DNA of 64,000 nucleotides from Candidatus Lloydbacteria bacterium CG22_combo_CG10-13_8_21_14_all_47_15 (GTDB lineage Bacteria; Patescibacteriota; Minisyncoccia; Phycocordibacterales; 21-14-all-47-15): NCBI GenBank assembly GCA_002771515.1, contig PCTL01000001.1, positions 7,995 to 71,994 of the forward strand, read 5' to 3'. Shown piece by piece: positions 26,951 to 39,300 of this stretch (position 1 is its first letter; each line of letters starts with the position of its first letter). The notes under the pieces were generated by a model. It saw only the letters and a program-made list of their open reading frames with translations, ran no database searches and was not told where the DNA came from. The position numbers and the translations under genes were made by a program.

Positions 26951-27499
26951 ATGGGATATTCCGTTCACAAAAAGACATCAGGGTTTACGCTTGTTGAAGT
27001 TATCATCTCCATCGGGCTGTTCGTTGCGGTTATGACGATTGCTGTCAGTGCGCTCATCAGTCTAATGGATGCTCAACGGCGCGCGCAGGCGTTTCGCGAG
27101 GTGATGGACAACATTGATTTTGCTATGGAGAACATTTCACGCTCTTTGCGCCTAGGCGCCAATTATCATTGCGGTCCGAGTGGCGGTATTACAACACCGC
27201 AGGATTGTCCCGGTGGCGATGATTATATTGCTTTTACTGATGTGCTAGGCGGGACGACTATTTTTCGGCTGGAGAATGGCGTTCTGGAACGCTCAACGGA
27301 CGGGGGGTCTACATTTCTTGCGCTCACATCGCCTTCCGTAACAATCCACCGGCTTGATTTTTTTGTGAATGGCACGGCGGCTGGAGATTTGAAGCAGCCG
27401 GGTGTACGGATTGTCGTTGGCGGTTTGGTTGAATTGTCTAAAGGTGCGACAAACTTTGACATTGAAACATTCGTAACCCAACGCCTACTTGATTCATAA
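26951..27499 (+). CDS. minor pilin / pseudopilin
   Basis: …KKTSG|FTLVEVIISIGLFVAV class III signal. Confidence 0.8.
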   Translation: MGYSVHKKTSGFTLVEVIISIGLFVAVMTIAVSALISLMDAQRRAQAFREVMDNIDFAMENISRSLRLGANYHCGPSGGITTPQDCPGGDDYIAFTDVLGGTTIFRLENGVLERSTDGGSTFLALTSPSVTIHRLDFFVNGTAAGDLKQPGVRIVVGGLVELSKGATNFDIETFVTQRLLDS

Positions 27500-27517
27500 T
27501 TTTGTGCATATTTTGGT

Positions 27518-28081
27518 ATGGAACACTCCGTTTTCAAAAAAATAAATATTTGGTTAAGGCATCGTGCGTATCTTCCAGAGACGATGTCAGGTTTTGCGTT
27601 GATAGAGACGCTTGTAGCGATTACTGTTTTGGTTGCCGGTTTAACAGGACCGCTTTCATTTACCGCGCAGAGCATTGCCGCGGCGCAGGAAGTCAAACAG
27701 CAGGTAACGGCTTTTTTCCTGATGGTGGAAGGCGCTGAGCATGTCAGGCAAACTCGCGATTCCAACATGCTCGCGCTTGCCCCATGGCTCTCCGGTCTTG
27801 AAGCATGCTTTTCCGGCGTGTGTGATATTGATGTATCGTTAGATTCGGTTATTGATTGTCCGGGAGGCGCATGCGCACCGCTTTTTTTTGAAGAAGCAAC
27901 TGGTCGGTATGGGCATGGAAGCGGTAGCGGTTGGACTCAAACGCAATTCACAAGAACTATTTCTGTCACTGAAACCGAACCGGATCGCGAAGCAAAAGTT
28001 CTCGTCACGGTGGAATGGTTTCACCGTGATTCGCCGCGGAGTATTACCGCAGAAGCTGACCTATTTAATTGGCAACAGTAA
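27518..28081 (+). CDS. minor pilin / pseudopilin (long leader)
   Basis: …ETMSG|FALIETLVAITVLVAGL prepilin-like N-terminus preceded by a 25-aa leader. Confidence 0.7.
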   Translation: MEHSVFKKINIWLRHRAYLPETMSGFALIETLVAITVLVAGLTGPLSFTAQSIAAAQEVKQQVTAFFLMVEGAEHVRQTRDSNMLALAPWLSGLEACFSGVCDIDVSLDSVIDCPGGACAPLFFEEATGRYGHGSGSGWTQTQFTRTISVTETEPDREAKVLVTVEWFHRDSPRSITAEADLFNWQQ

Positions 28082-28545
28082 TATATATGGCGCAATTGCA
28101 CAACAATCGGAGAGTCAAGCGTATGCCTACTAAGCAAGGGTTTGTGCTCTTGTTCGCGGTGCTCGTTACGAGTATCGTAATGGCAATCAGCCTAGGTATT
28201 TTTTCGCTTATTATAAAAGAGCTTAAGCTTTCCGGCGCAAGCCGCGAATCCCAACGCGCTTTTTACGCAGCTGATGCTGGTACCGAGTGCGCATTTTATT
28301 GGGATATCCATGAACGGTTATTTTCCACCACGACATCAAATTTGATACAATGCGCGGGCGATTCCATGAGTGTTGGCGGTGGTTTTGTGTCGGATTTCGT
28401 ACTTACATTTGATAATGGAACATGTGTTGATGTGCGGGTGGACAAAACAAATGAATCGCAGACCGTTGTCACATCGCGCGGACATAACACCTGCGATACG
28501 AATGACCTTATACTGGTTGAGCGGGCACTTCAGGTAACATATTAA
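28069..28545 (+). CDS. minor pilin-like protein (non-canonical +5 residue)
   Basis: …PTKQG|FVLLFAVLVTSIV hydrophobic prepilin-like N-terminus but lacking Glu at +5. The start is uncertain (28069, 28087 or 28123). Confidence 0.6.
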   Translation: MATVIYMAQLHNNRRVKRMPTKQGFVLLFAVLVTSIVMAISLGIFSLIIKELKLSGASRESQRAFYAADAGTECAFYWDIHERLFSTTTSNLIQCAGDSMSVGGGFVSDFVLTFDNGTCVDVRVDKTNESQTVVTSRGHNTCDTNDLILVERALQVTY

Positions 28546-28627
28546 AAAGCGGTATTGAAGAGAAACCGGATATAATGGCGCGGGCGGCTTGTTGAGCCGT
28601 CTGTTTTTTTGCTTGGTTTTTGGATGA

Positions 28628-30667
<2,040 letters not shown>

Positions 30668-30694
30668 TCAACCGATACCCGTGGTTGATAATAA

Positions 30695-31699
30695 TTAGGA
30701 TGTTAGTTTTTCGCAGATTTGTTTTTCCAGGTCGTCAGCTATATTTTTGTTTTCTTTCAGGTACTGACGGGCTGCGTCGTAGCCACGGCCGAGTTTTTCT
30801 TTGCCGAAGGAGTATGATGCGCCACCTGCTTTTGATACGATCTCGTATTTTTCGCCGAGTGCCAGAAGTTCGCCTTCGTGCGAAATGCCCTCGCCATACA
30901 GAATATCAAATTCAGCGGAGCGGAACGGCGCGGCAACTTTATTTTTTACCACTTTCGCGCGTACGCGGTTGCCCATTACCTCATCACCTTTCTTAATTTG
31001 TGCGAGGCGGCGAATATCTATACGGACCGAGGTATAAAATTTAAGCGCCTTGCCGCCAGGAGTTGTTTCCGGGTTGCCGAACATCACGCCGATTTGCATT
31101 CTGATTTGGTTGATGAAAATGACGATAGTTTTTGATTTATCGGTGATGGCGGTCAACTTCCGCAAGGCCTGGCTCATAAGTCGCGCCTGTTTGCCGACAT
31201 GGTGCGCGCCCATATCACCTTCAATTTCGTCTTTTGGCGTTAGCGCTGCAACGGAATCAATTACAATAATATCAATTTTCCCTGAGCGGACGAGAGATTC
31301 TGTGATTTCAAGAGCTTGTTCGCCGGTGTCAGGTTGCGAGATCAGGAGTTCGTCGGTTTTTACGCCGATTTTTTTCGCGTATTCAGGATCCAGCGCGTGT
31401 TCCGCGTCTATGAATGCGCAGATGCCTCCTTTTTTCTGTGCTTCTGCGATTGCCTGGAGAGCAAGCGTGGTTTTACCGGATGACTCCGGACCGAATATTT
31501 CAATGATTCTCCCGCGCGGTAAACCGCCGACGCCCAATGCTATGTCAAGCGAGAGCGCGCCTGTGGGTATTGCGCCTACATTTACTTTCGGCTTATCGCC
31601 AAGTTTCATAATTGATTCTTCGCCGAATTTTGCGCGGATGGAGCGCAGTGTTTCGTCGATACCTGTATTTGATTGTTTCGGGGGCTTCGGTTTTATCAT
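30695..31699 (-). CDS. recA: recombinase RecA
   Basis: Walker [13 protein letters not shown] and RecA loops L1/L2. Confidence 0.95.
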   Translation of the reverse strand: MIKPKPPKQSNTGIDETLRSIRAKFGEESIMKLGDKPKVNVGAIPTGALSLDIALGVGGLPRGRIIEIFGPESSGKTTLALQAIAEAQKKGGICAFIDAEHALDPEYAKKIGVKTDELLISQPDTGEQALEITESLVRSGKIDIIVIDSVAALTPKDEIEGDMGAHHVGKQARLMSQALRKLTAITDKSKTIVIFINQIRMQIGVMFGNPETTPGGKALKFYTSVRIDIRRLAQIKKGDEVMGNRVRAKVVKNKVAAPFRSAEFDILYGEGISHEGELLALGEKYEIVSKAGGASYSFGKEKLGRGYDAARQYLKENKNIADDLEKQICEKLTS

Positions 31700-31714
31700 G
31701 GTGTGGCTTTTATT

Positions 31715-32065
31715 TTATTCCTTGTAAACTACTTCTAATGTTTTCATAACGGTACGATTGAATTTATCTTTCGCGTCAAGAGTAATAATATTCAAGCCGG
31801 CCGCGAGCACGATGCGCTCGTCAAAAATACCGCTCTCGTCTGTGTAAATTCGTTGTCCATTTAATGAAATTTCTGCGATGCTTGTGGCAGTGCCGCTTAC
31901 ATGAATTGTCGCGTCTTGATAGATCGCGCCGTTTTCAGGGACTGTGATAGCGATACCGGGTCCGGAAAGATAATTCCGCGCCTGCAAGAATATGTACGCG
32001 CCGATAATGCCAAGAATAATAACACTTAACGCGATAATCGCATACCGTTGAATTGGCGTATACAT
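31715..32065 (-). CDS. hypothetical membrane-anchored protein (between ftsK and recA)
   Basis: 116 aa with an N-terminal TM, co-oriented and tightly spaced with ftsK and recA. Confidence 0.5.
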   Translation of the reverse strand: MYTPIQRYAIIALSVIILGIIGAYIFLQARNYLSGPGIAITVPENGAIYQDATIHVSGTATSIAEISLNGQRIYTDESGIFDERIVLAAGLNIITLDAKDKFNRTVMKTLEVVYKE

Positions 32066-32071
32066 GGCGCG

Positions 32072-34369
32072 TTACAAGCGTTGCTCGCCTGACTCATTAT
32101 CGGCCTCAAGCCGGTCTGTCGCAGTGGGAGATTCATTTTCCGCCACCGGCTCTCTGGAGAATGTGTCGTATGACGCAATCTGATTACTCTCTTCCACAAG
32201 CACTTCCCGCGGTTTTGCACCATCCGCTGGACCGACTATTCCTCGTTCTTCAAGCGCGTCAATCAAGCGCGCCGCGCGCGCATAGCCCACTTTTAATTTG
32301 CGCTGAAGATAGGAGGTGGAAGCTTTGCCGGCACTTATGACCGCCGCACGCGCGTCTTCAAACAGGTCGTCTTCACCATCATCCATCCTGTCATGCTCTA
32401 GCACGCTTGCAAGCGTCCCGCCACCGGTTTCGTCGGCAAGAGTAATCGCATCGTCCCCACGCTCGTAGTGTTGCGCGAGGTATTTTACAACGCTTTTTAC
32501 CTCACCTTCAGATATGAATGCCGATTGGATGCGGCGAGGTTTTGCCATATCTCCGGAAAGGAAAAGCATATCTCCGGCCCCAAGGAGTTTTTCAGCGCCT
32601 CCAGCGTCAAGAATCGTACGCGAATCAATCTGTGAAGCGACCTGAAACGCGATGCGAGCCGGTATATTTGCTTTGATAAGGCCGGTGATAACATTTACAC
32701 TCGGCCGTTGAGTAGATAGGACTAGATGAATACCAACTGCGCGCGCCATCTGTGCTAGTCGGACAATAGAGGATTCAAGTTCACGCGGGTAGGCAATCAT
32801 GATGTCGGCCAGTTCATCTATTATGATAACTACATACGGCATCGTTTCCGGCAGTTCTATATCATCTGTCTTACCTTTCGCGCTTGCTTTCAGTGCCGGC
32901 GCGAGAATATTTTTATGATACGAATCAATATCGCGGACAGATTCTGTTTCTAAAATATCGTACCGACGGTCCATTTCTTTTGCCGCCCACTTCAGGGCAA
33001 GTATCGCTTTCTTTGGATTCGTAATGACTGGCGTAAGGAGGTTGGGGATTTTATTGTAGAGTGTCAGCTCAACGCGTTTTGGGTCTATCAAGATGAATTT
33101 CAGGTGTTCAGGGGCGTTCCGATATAGGAGTGAGGTAACGAATGTGTGTATCATCACCGATTTGCCGGAGCCTGTCGCGCCGGCAATTAGGAGGTGCGGC
33201 ATCTTGCCGAGATTTGTGAAGTGCACATGGCCGGAAATATCTTTGCCTAGCGAAAATAGTAGCGCTTCGTTTCGTGTTTCGTATTCGGGAGAGGAGAGAA
33301 GCGAGCCGAGTCCTACAGTAATTTTTGTCGTGTTCGGTATTTCAATGCCGACGAGCGATTTACCCGGAATCGGCGCTTCAATACGAAGCGGGTGGGCGGC
33401 GAGCGCGAGCGAGAGGTCGTTTTGGAGACCAACGATGCGCGAGAGCTTCACGCCTTCCGCCGGTTTGAACGCGTAGCGGGTAACGGATGGACCGATTGAA
33501 ATTTCGTCCATCTCCACATTGATGCCAAAGTTCTGGAGCGTGCGCTTTATGATCGTGGCGTTTGCTTTTATATCGCCGACGCCAGGTTTACCGCGGTCCC
33601 GCTCAAGGAGTGAGAGAGGTGGCGGGACAAACGGTTTGGGGAGGTATGCAATACGCTTTTCTGTAGAGCGTGGCAGAGGTTCTGTACCCACCACAGCAGA
33701 ATGCTTTTCCATCAGCGTATCTTCCGGTGTATCCGCATCATCTCCTTCTTCTTGTTCGTCGGTATCTTCTTCTTCCATATTCTCCTCGTCTTCAAAGTCG
33801 GCTGGGAGTGCTTCCGATACATCTTCATCCGTTTCATTATCTCCCGCCTCTTTTCTGAAGCGTTTCCAGAATAGGAAACTCTCGGTCTTCGGGACGGTAT
33901 CAAAAATAATTAAAAGAGAAATAACCGCGAGCGCTCCAAAAATGACGATACTTGTCGTTGTCTCAAAAAGTTGGATTAGAAATCCTGAAATCAACCCACC
34001 GATAAGTCCGCCCGCGCTGTCAGCAAGTATGTTTGCAAGCCCTAATCCGGATACCAAAAGAAAAACGCTTCCAAGAATGACACGCGCCGCGATAGCCGGA
34101 CGCTCGTTTGCTCGGAAGAGAGAAACACCCATAAAAAACGAAATAAGAGGCAGGAGATAAAACGCGACACCAAAGAGCGATTGAAGCACGCTGTATGTCG
34201 CACTACCAGCAACGCCCGCTTTACCTAATGCGGCAAGGAGAAGGAAAATACCGAGCGCAAAAAAAATAATCGCGGCAACGCTGTATTTCGTTTCCGATTG
34301 CAGGTCAAAAGTAGAATCTTTCTCACTTTCTTTTTTGTTCTTTCTTCGCTTCGGCATTGTTCTGTCCAA
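32072..34369 (-). CDS. ftsK: DNA translocase FtsK/SpoIIIE
   Basis: N-terminal TM domain, an acidic linker, the motor domain with Walker A GATGSGKSV, and a C-terminal gamma-like wHTH. Confidence 0.93.
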   Translation of the reverse strand: MDRTMPKRRKNKKESEKDSTFDLQSETKYSVAAIIFFALGIFLLLAALGKAGVAGSATYSVLQSLFGVAFYLLPLISFFMGVSLFRANERPAIAARVILGSVFLLVSGLGLANILADSAGGLIGGLISGFLIQLFETTTSIVIFGALAVISLLIIFDTVPKTESFLFWKRFRKEAGDNETDEDVSEALPADFEDEENMEEEDTDEQEEGDDADTPEDTLMEKHSAVVGTEPLPRSTEKRIAYLPKPFVPPPLSLLERDRGKPGVGDIKANATIIKRTLQNFGINVEMDEISIGPSVTRYAFKPAEGVKLSRIVGLQNDLSLALAAHPLRIEAPIPGKSLVGIEIPNTTKITVGLGSLLSSPEYETRNEALLFSLGKDISGHVHFTNLGKMPHLLIAGATGSGKSVMIHTFVTSLLYRNAPEHLKFILIDPKRVELTLYNKIPNLLTPVITNPKKAILALKWAAKEMDRRYDILETESVRDIDSYHKNILAPALKASAKGKTDDIELPETMPYVVIIIDELADIMIAYPRELESSIVRLAQMARAVGIHLVLSTQRPSVNVITGLIKANIPARIAFQVASQIDSRTILDAGGAEKLLGAGDMLFLSGDMAKPRRIQSAFISEGEVKSVVKYLAQHYERGDDAITLADETGGGTLASVLEHDRMDDGEDDLFEDARAAVISAGKASTSYLQRKLKVGYARAARLIDALEERGIVGPADGAKPREVLVEESNQIASYDTFSREPVAENESPTATDRLEADNESGEQRL

Positions 34370-34520
34370 TCAGTATATCACACCTTCTGCCTATCAGGCA
34401 GACATAGGATTTTCCGCGATATGTGGAAAATATATTGGAAAACAAGCTCGCTATATTACATATTACATAAGCCACTTGCCGGATACGGCAAGCGTGTTTT
34501 AGGGTACTTTCCGCCCTTTT

Positions 34521-34659
34521 TCTATAGGACATCAAAGAGTATAATATAAAACAAATGGACACTGGACAAGTATAAAGGACAATGGTATTATAAAACAATA
34601 AAAGACACGGCATGGATCAAGATAAAAGACAAATCCAAACAAAACCGCAAATAAAGGAC
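34521..34659 (+). repeat. array of A-rich-GACA direct repeats (ATAAARGACA, 4 full copies plus 3 shorter GGACA copies), iteron-like
   Basis: GGACA/AGACA-ending units end at 34530, 34560, 34567, 34580, 34606, 34630 and 34659. The last four are ATAAA[AG]GACA spaced about 24-29 nt apart. The array spans the upstream region and the first codons of the 34612 ORF. Confidence 0.55.
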
Positions 34660-35427
34660 ATAGCTATACGCCATGCCGCCGATTCTTGGTATCTATTTTT
34701 ATTGAAAAAAGCAGAACGGCTTTCTTCGGCTGTTTACATTGTCACAGCGTTAATTCACAACGGGGATCCATTGAAACATAAGTTACGCGAAAAGAGCATT
34801 TTCATCGTATCGGACATCGCACAATCTAGATATACTGAAGACAGGAAAGAAAATGTCTTTTTAAAGATAGCCGATCTGATAAATGAAGCTCTGTCTTTTA
34901 TTGAAATAGGAATGACTGCCGGAGTGATTTCATCTATGAACGCGACGGTTCTCAAGAAAGAATATTCTGACTTATCCGCGCTTATTGAAAAAAAAATTGT
35001 TTCTGCCACGGAGCCGCCAAGCGAAGTGTCTTTTCGTAAAGGTTTTTTTGACGAAACAATGCCGGCTTTGTCTGTTAAAAAGCAATTGTTTCAAAGAAAA
35101 GAACGGTCTTTGCCAAAATATGCCACACCTGAAAATATTGTTTCTGCGCCGTTTCGTGGCGAGCTTCAAAAATTAGACAATGCCGATAGCTCTAATAGGA
35201 CCGGCGATCACGCGCAAGAGGAACGACATAAAAAAATAATTACTATTTTCCAACAAAATAAGGAGGCGCTTGGTATAAAGGACATTGCAAAATATGTGAC
35301 CGGATATAGTGAAAAAACTCTCCAACGAGATTTGATAGAGCTTGTGCGGCGTGGAGTAGTGCAGAAAGCGGGCGAGAGGCGGTGGAGCCGGTATTTTATG
35401 CCTCATGCGAATAACGAAACGGTCTAG
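34612..35427 (+). CDS. hypothetical protein with a C-terminal winged-HTH-like domain
   Basis: 271 aa. The C-terminus …ALGIKDIAKYVTGYSEKTLQRDLIELVRRGVVQKAGERRWSRYFM resembles a DeoR/MarR-type wHTH; the N-terminal domain is unknown. Confidence 0.55.
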   Translation: MDQDKRQIQTKPQIKDIAIRHAADSWYLFLLKKAERLSSAVYIVTALIHNGDPLKHKLREKSIFIVSDIAQSRYTEDRKENVFLKIADLINEALSFIEIGMTAGVISSMNATVLKKEYSDLSALIEKKIVSATEPPSEVSFRKGFFDETMPALSVKKQLFQRKERSLPKYATPENIVSAPFRGELQKLDNADSSNRTGDHAQEERHKKIITIFQQNKEALGIKDIAKYVTGYSEKTLQRDLIELVRRGVVQKAGERRWSRYFMPHANNETV

Positions 35428-35504
35428 GAATAAAGGTTTTTAGCGGTTTTAAGCGTATATTTAGCTATTTAGCGCACATAATAATTTGGATGTTATACCT
35501 TAAT

Positions 35505-35532
35505 ATAGAACACCATATATAGAACACCATAA
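35505..35532 (+). repeat. tandem direct repeat 2 x 14 nt (ATAGAACACCATAw)
   Basis: atagaacaccatat followed immediately by atagaacaccataa. Confidence 0.7.
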
Positions 35533-35573
35533 TATATACCGCGCCGATGGGTAGTGCCTGGCGTGGCGTATTA

Positions 35574-35602
35574 TTGACTTTTTCTGATTATTTCATTAAT
35601 AT
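35574..35602 (+). promoter_or_regulatory. promoter-like element TTGACT-17-TAATAT inside the long non-coding region
   Basis: ttgact at 35574-79, a 17-nt spacer, and taatat at 35597-602. No ORF follows for about 700 nt. Confidence 0.4.
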
Positions 35603-36164
35603 TGGAAAGATACGGAATTGGGAGGAAGGTACAGTCCGAAGCAGTTTGCTGAACAGTATCTGATCTGTCAACAAAGAAATCCGCTGATATTTTTCGCCGC
35701 CGTTAATGCGTCGTGAGTTATCCACAAAGACATTTTGCGAGCAGTTTGATCGCATACTATAATTAAAAGTAATTACCGAACGGAGTTTTTGTGGACTCTG
35801 CAGAGAACGGATTGAGCGGATACATTTTGTTGTTCTGGAAACGGAGTGATAATACCGAAATACAGGCGCGATGCGCTCGTTGAAAACGCAATATGGACGA
35901 TATTAAGTTGTACGGCTGTTTTTGTTTTGCATGTCTATAGCTTCATCAGTATTGAAAAAGAAATTAGAAAACTTATTCAATGTGACCTTTAACCGAAAGA
36001 ATTTTATTTATTAACAGAAACGCAACACAGCTTTCACAATTATTTTATTTTCGTCGGTTTGTTTTTCCGCTTTGCCTCGCGGTGCACTCGGTTGGGCAAG
36101 GTGGGGAAACGAACTGACGAGCTCAGTTTGTCCCTCAAAAATGGGGAGTCGATGACGACAAATA

Positions 36165-36189
36165 AATAAGCTGTGATAATAAGCTGTGA
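36165..36189 (+). repeat. tandem direct repeat 2 x 12 nt (AATAAGCTGTGA), about 120 nt upstream of the giant surface-protein gene
   Basis: aataagctgtga-t-aataagctgtga. Confidence 0.7.
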
Positions 36190-36305
36190 CGATGGTGTGC
36201 GGTACGGTGCGTGGAAAAATTCGCGATGCCGGCTGTGTACCATTAACAATTAGTTGTGTTCCGTATTTATTGTGCGGGACGGAATTAATTATCAATTAAC
36301 CATTT

Positions 36306-39300
36306 ATGAGTAAATATAAGTTTACAAAAGCGATTGCTGGTTTTGTTGGTTTGGCAACAGCGGTTGTGATGATGGGTGGTGCGTATGTACTGCCGGTCAG
36401 CGCGGCAACTGTTGAAGAGCTGACAGTCCAGATCAATCAATTGCTCGGCCTCATTGCGCAATTGCAAGCACAACTTGCAACGGTACAAGGTGGCGGGGCA
36501 GGAACAGGAGTGTCACATACTTTCTCTGTTAACTTGAGTTTAGGTGACAGTGGCAACGATGTCATGATGCTTCAGAAAGTATTGAACTCCGACTCGGCAA
36601 CGCAACTTGCTTCAAGTGGTGTTGGCTCGCCGGGGAACGAGTCCCAGTACTTTGGTCCTATTACCAAAGCTGCGGTCATCAAATTCCAGGACAAATACGC
36701 ATCTGAGGTTTTGTTCCCGCTCGGGCTTTCAAAAGGTACCGGCTATGTCGGTGCTTCAACCCGCGCTAAATTGAACAGCATGAGTTCTGCTCCGGTGGCT
36801 GGCGTTCCGACCGTTCCGACGGTTCCGGTGGTTGGCGCTCCGGCAACAGGTGTGAACATCTCGCTTGCGGCTAGCCAGCCGTCTGCGACGCTTGCTCCGC
36901 AGAACGCGACGCGCTTGCCGTTCACGAACATTACATTTATCGGCGGTCCGACCGACACGACAATCAACGGCATAACGATTGAACGGACAGGCCTTGCAAA
37001 TGATGCGGCGTTCTCAGGCATTATCCTTTTGGATTCAGTCGGCACGCAGTTGGGTATTGCAAAAACATTGAACTCAAACCACCAGGCAACAATCGGCGAC
37101 CCGTTTGTGGTGCCGGCAGGCCAGGCGGTGACTATGACGATTGCGGGTAACATGGCTGCTGACCTCTCAAGTTACACAGGTCAGATCGCGAGCCTCTCGG
37201 TTGTAGGTGTAAACACCTCGGCAACGGTTTCTGGCTCGCTTCCACTTACGGGTACCAGCCATACTCTGAATAGCTCGCTATCAATCGGTACCGTGACGAT
37301 GAATGTCGGCGCGACCGACCCGGGCGCTTCAAACACGAAAGAAATCGGCACAGACGGATACACTTTCTCGTCAGTCAAAGTAACAGCCGGCTCAAATGAG
37401 AAAGTTCGCATCAAGTCTATCCGCTGGAACCAGTCTGGCTCTGCGACAAAGGACGATATTGCGAACATCAAAACGCACATCAACGGCTCTTCGTATGATG
37501 TGGTTGTTTCATCGGACGGCAAGTACTACACCTCACACTTTGGTGACGGTATAGTGATTGACAAGGGCTCTTCAATTGACATCTCAATTAAGGGCGACAT
37601 CGTTAGTGGCTCTTCGCGAACTGTTGACTTTGATGTCTACAAGCGAACAGACCTCTACATGACAGGTGAGACATTTGGCTATGGTATTAATCCGCCGAAT
37701 GGCACTGACACATCAGGAACTGACGACGGCGCATTCCATCAGAACACGAACCCATGGTATGACGCATACCAGGCGACTGTTTCTTCAGGAAGCTTGACGG
37801 TAGAGAACGCGACGACAGTCGGCGCGCAAAACATTGCTATTAACACGGCAAATCAGCCGATTGGTGGCGTGAATGTGGAAGTGAAAGGCGAATCGGTTTC
37901 TGTCGCGCAGATTATCTTCAATCTGATGGCGACGGGAGACGAAGCTGAAAACATCACAAACATTACGCTTGTTGACGGGAACGGCACGATAGTGGCGGGT
38001 CCGGTAGACGGCGCTTCGGGTGCTACAAACTCCGCATGGGGTACTGTAACCTTCACCGATACGGTGACATTCCCTGTTGGGAAAGGCACTTACACTTTGA
38101 AGGGTAAGCTTGGCACTGCCTTTGTTTCAAACGACACTGTTCAGGCGTCAACAACGCCGGGTAGCCAGTGGACAACGGTCACAGGCCAGTCAACGGGTGA
38201 CTCAATAACACCGACTCCGTCTTCAGCAATTACCGGCAGTACAATGACCGTGAAGGCGCCGACCATTACGATGAGTGTGCTTTCTACTCCGCTTGCGCAG
38301 ACGATTGTTGCCGGCGGTTCGGTTAACTTCTCAAAGTATCAGTTTGATGCTTCGCAGTCAGGTGACGACATTAGGTTCAACACGGTGAAACTTGCGTACG
38401 AAACATTCGCGGGTACACCGACAAACTTGACGAACTGCGGTCTCTACGATGGCGCAACTGCTCTGATGAGTGGCTCAAACCTCGTGAACCCGACGGCAAG
38501 TGGCTCTTCAACGACATTTACCTTTGATTCAGGACTTGTGGTCTCCAAGGGTACGGTGAAGACATTGAACTTGAACTGCAACACTTCAGCGACTACAACG
38601 ACTGACAAGTTCCGATGGGGTATTGCGGCGCACGCAAGTGCTGCGCAGACCGCGACTGGCGTACAGTCCGGTCAGTCCATTGACAGCTCTACGGCAAATA
38701 CCAGCGGTATTATCGTGAACGCGGGCGTTGGCCAGCTTATCACGACTGCAACCGGCGGTTCATACACGGTTACCGACGATTCAACGCCGGGTTACCGTAT
38801 CGTATCACCGGGCGACTCCGTGGAACTCTTGAAGCTTAAATTCACTGCTTCAAACGAAGACATTGATATTCGGCGCGTGGCGTTTGAGCTTTCAAACACT
38901 GCCTCAAACACGCCGCTTGACTTGGTAGGAAACCAGATTACTCTCTGGAACAGTGGAGTACAGGTTGGTACGGCGACATTCGTCAACGATGGCGACTTCG
39001 CAACATCAACCATCTTTGCTGACGGAGCATTCCGTGTACCGCGCGGCGAGTCAAAGACAATGACTGTTAAAGGTACGATTGCAAGCATTTCAGGCACCGT
39101 CGGTCCGCTGACGGCATCTGGAGATTTGTTCATCGTTTCCTACGATGGTGATGACAATAATTCTGCGTCACCGGTAGCGGGCGGTAACTATGGTACCGGG
39201 GTATCGGGAGGTACGGCTATAAACACCGGCACAACCGGCAATGTTACACCGCAAGGTGTTCGTATCTTCAACGCATACCCGACATTGGCGAAGCTTGCTG

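Noticed and set aside
28591-28620. Weak terminator-like hairpin after the last minor-pilin gene (GGCGGCttgttgaGCCGTC followed by T8)
   Set aside because: The stem is short with a G-U pair. It is plausible but not strong enough to list as a feature with confidence.
34385-34410. CTG-N9-CAG palindrome (ttCTGcctatcaggCAGac) upstream of the ftsK-recA operon as a LexA/SOS box
   Set aside because: The spacing and flanks do not match either the CTGT-N8-ACAG or the CGAAC-N4-GTTCG consensus, and no lexA gene is present here.
35717-35725. Perfect DnaA-box 9-mers (TTATCCACA at about 35717; its complement at about 17380; a 1-mismatch box at about 48135) as evidence for oriC
   Set aside because: Isolated 9-mers are expected by chance at about 0.5 per 64 kb per strand pair. 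There is no cluster of several boxes, no dnaA or dnaN gene in the window, and no clear DUE. One is kept only as a minor supporting note in the 35.4-36.3 kb finding.
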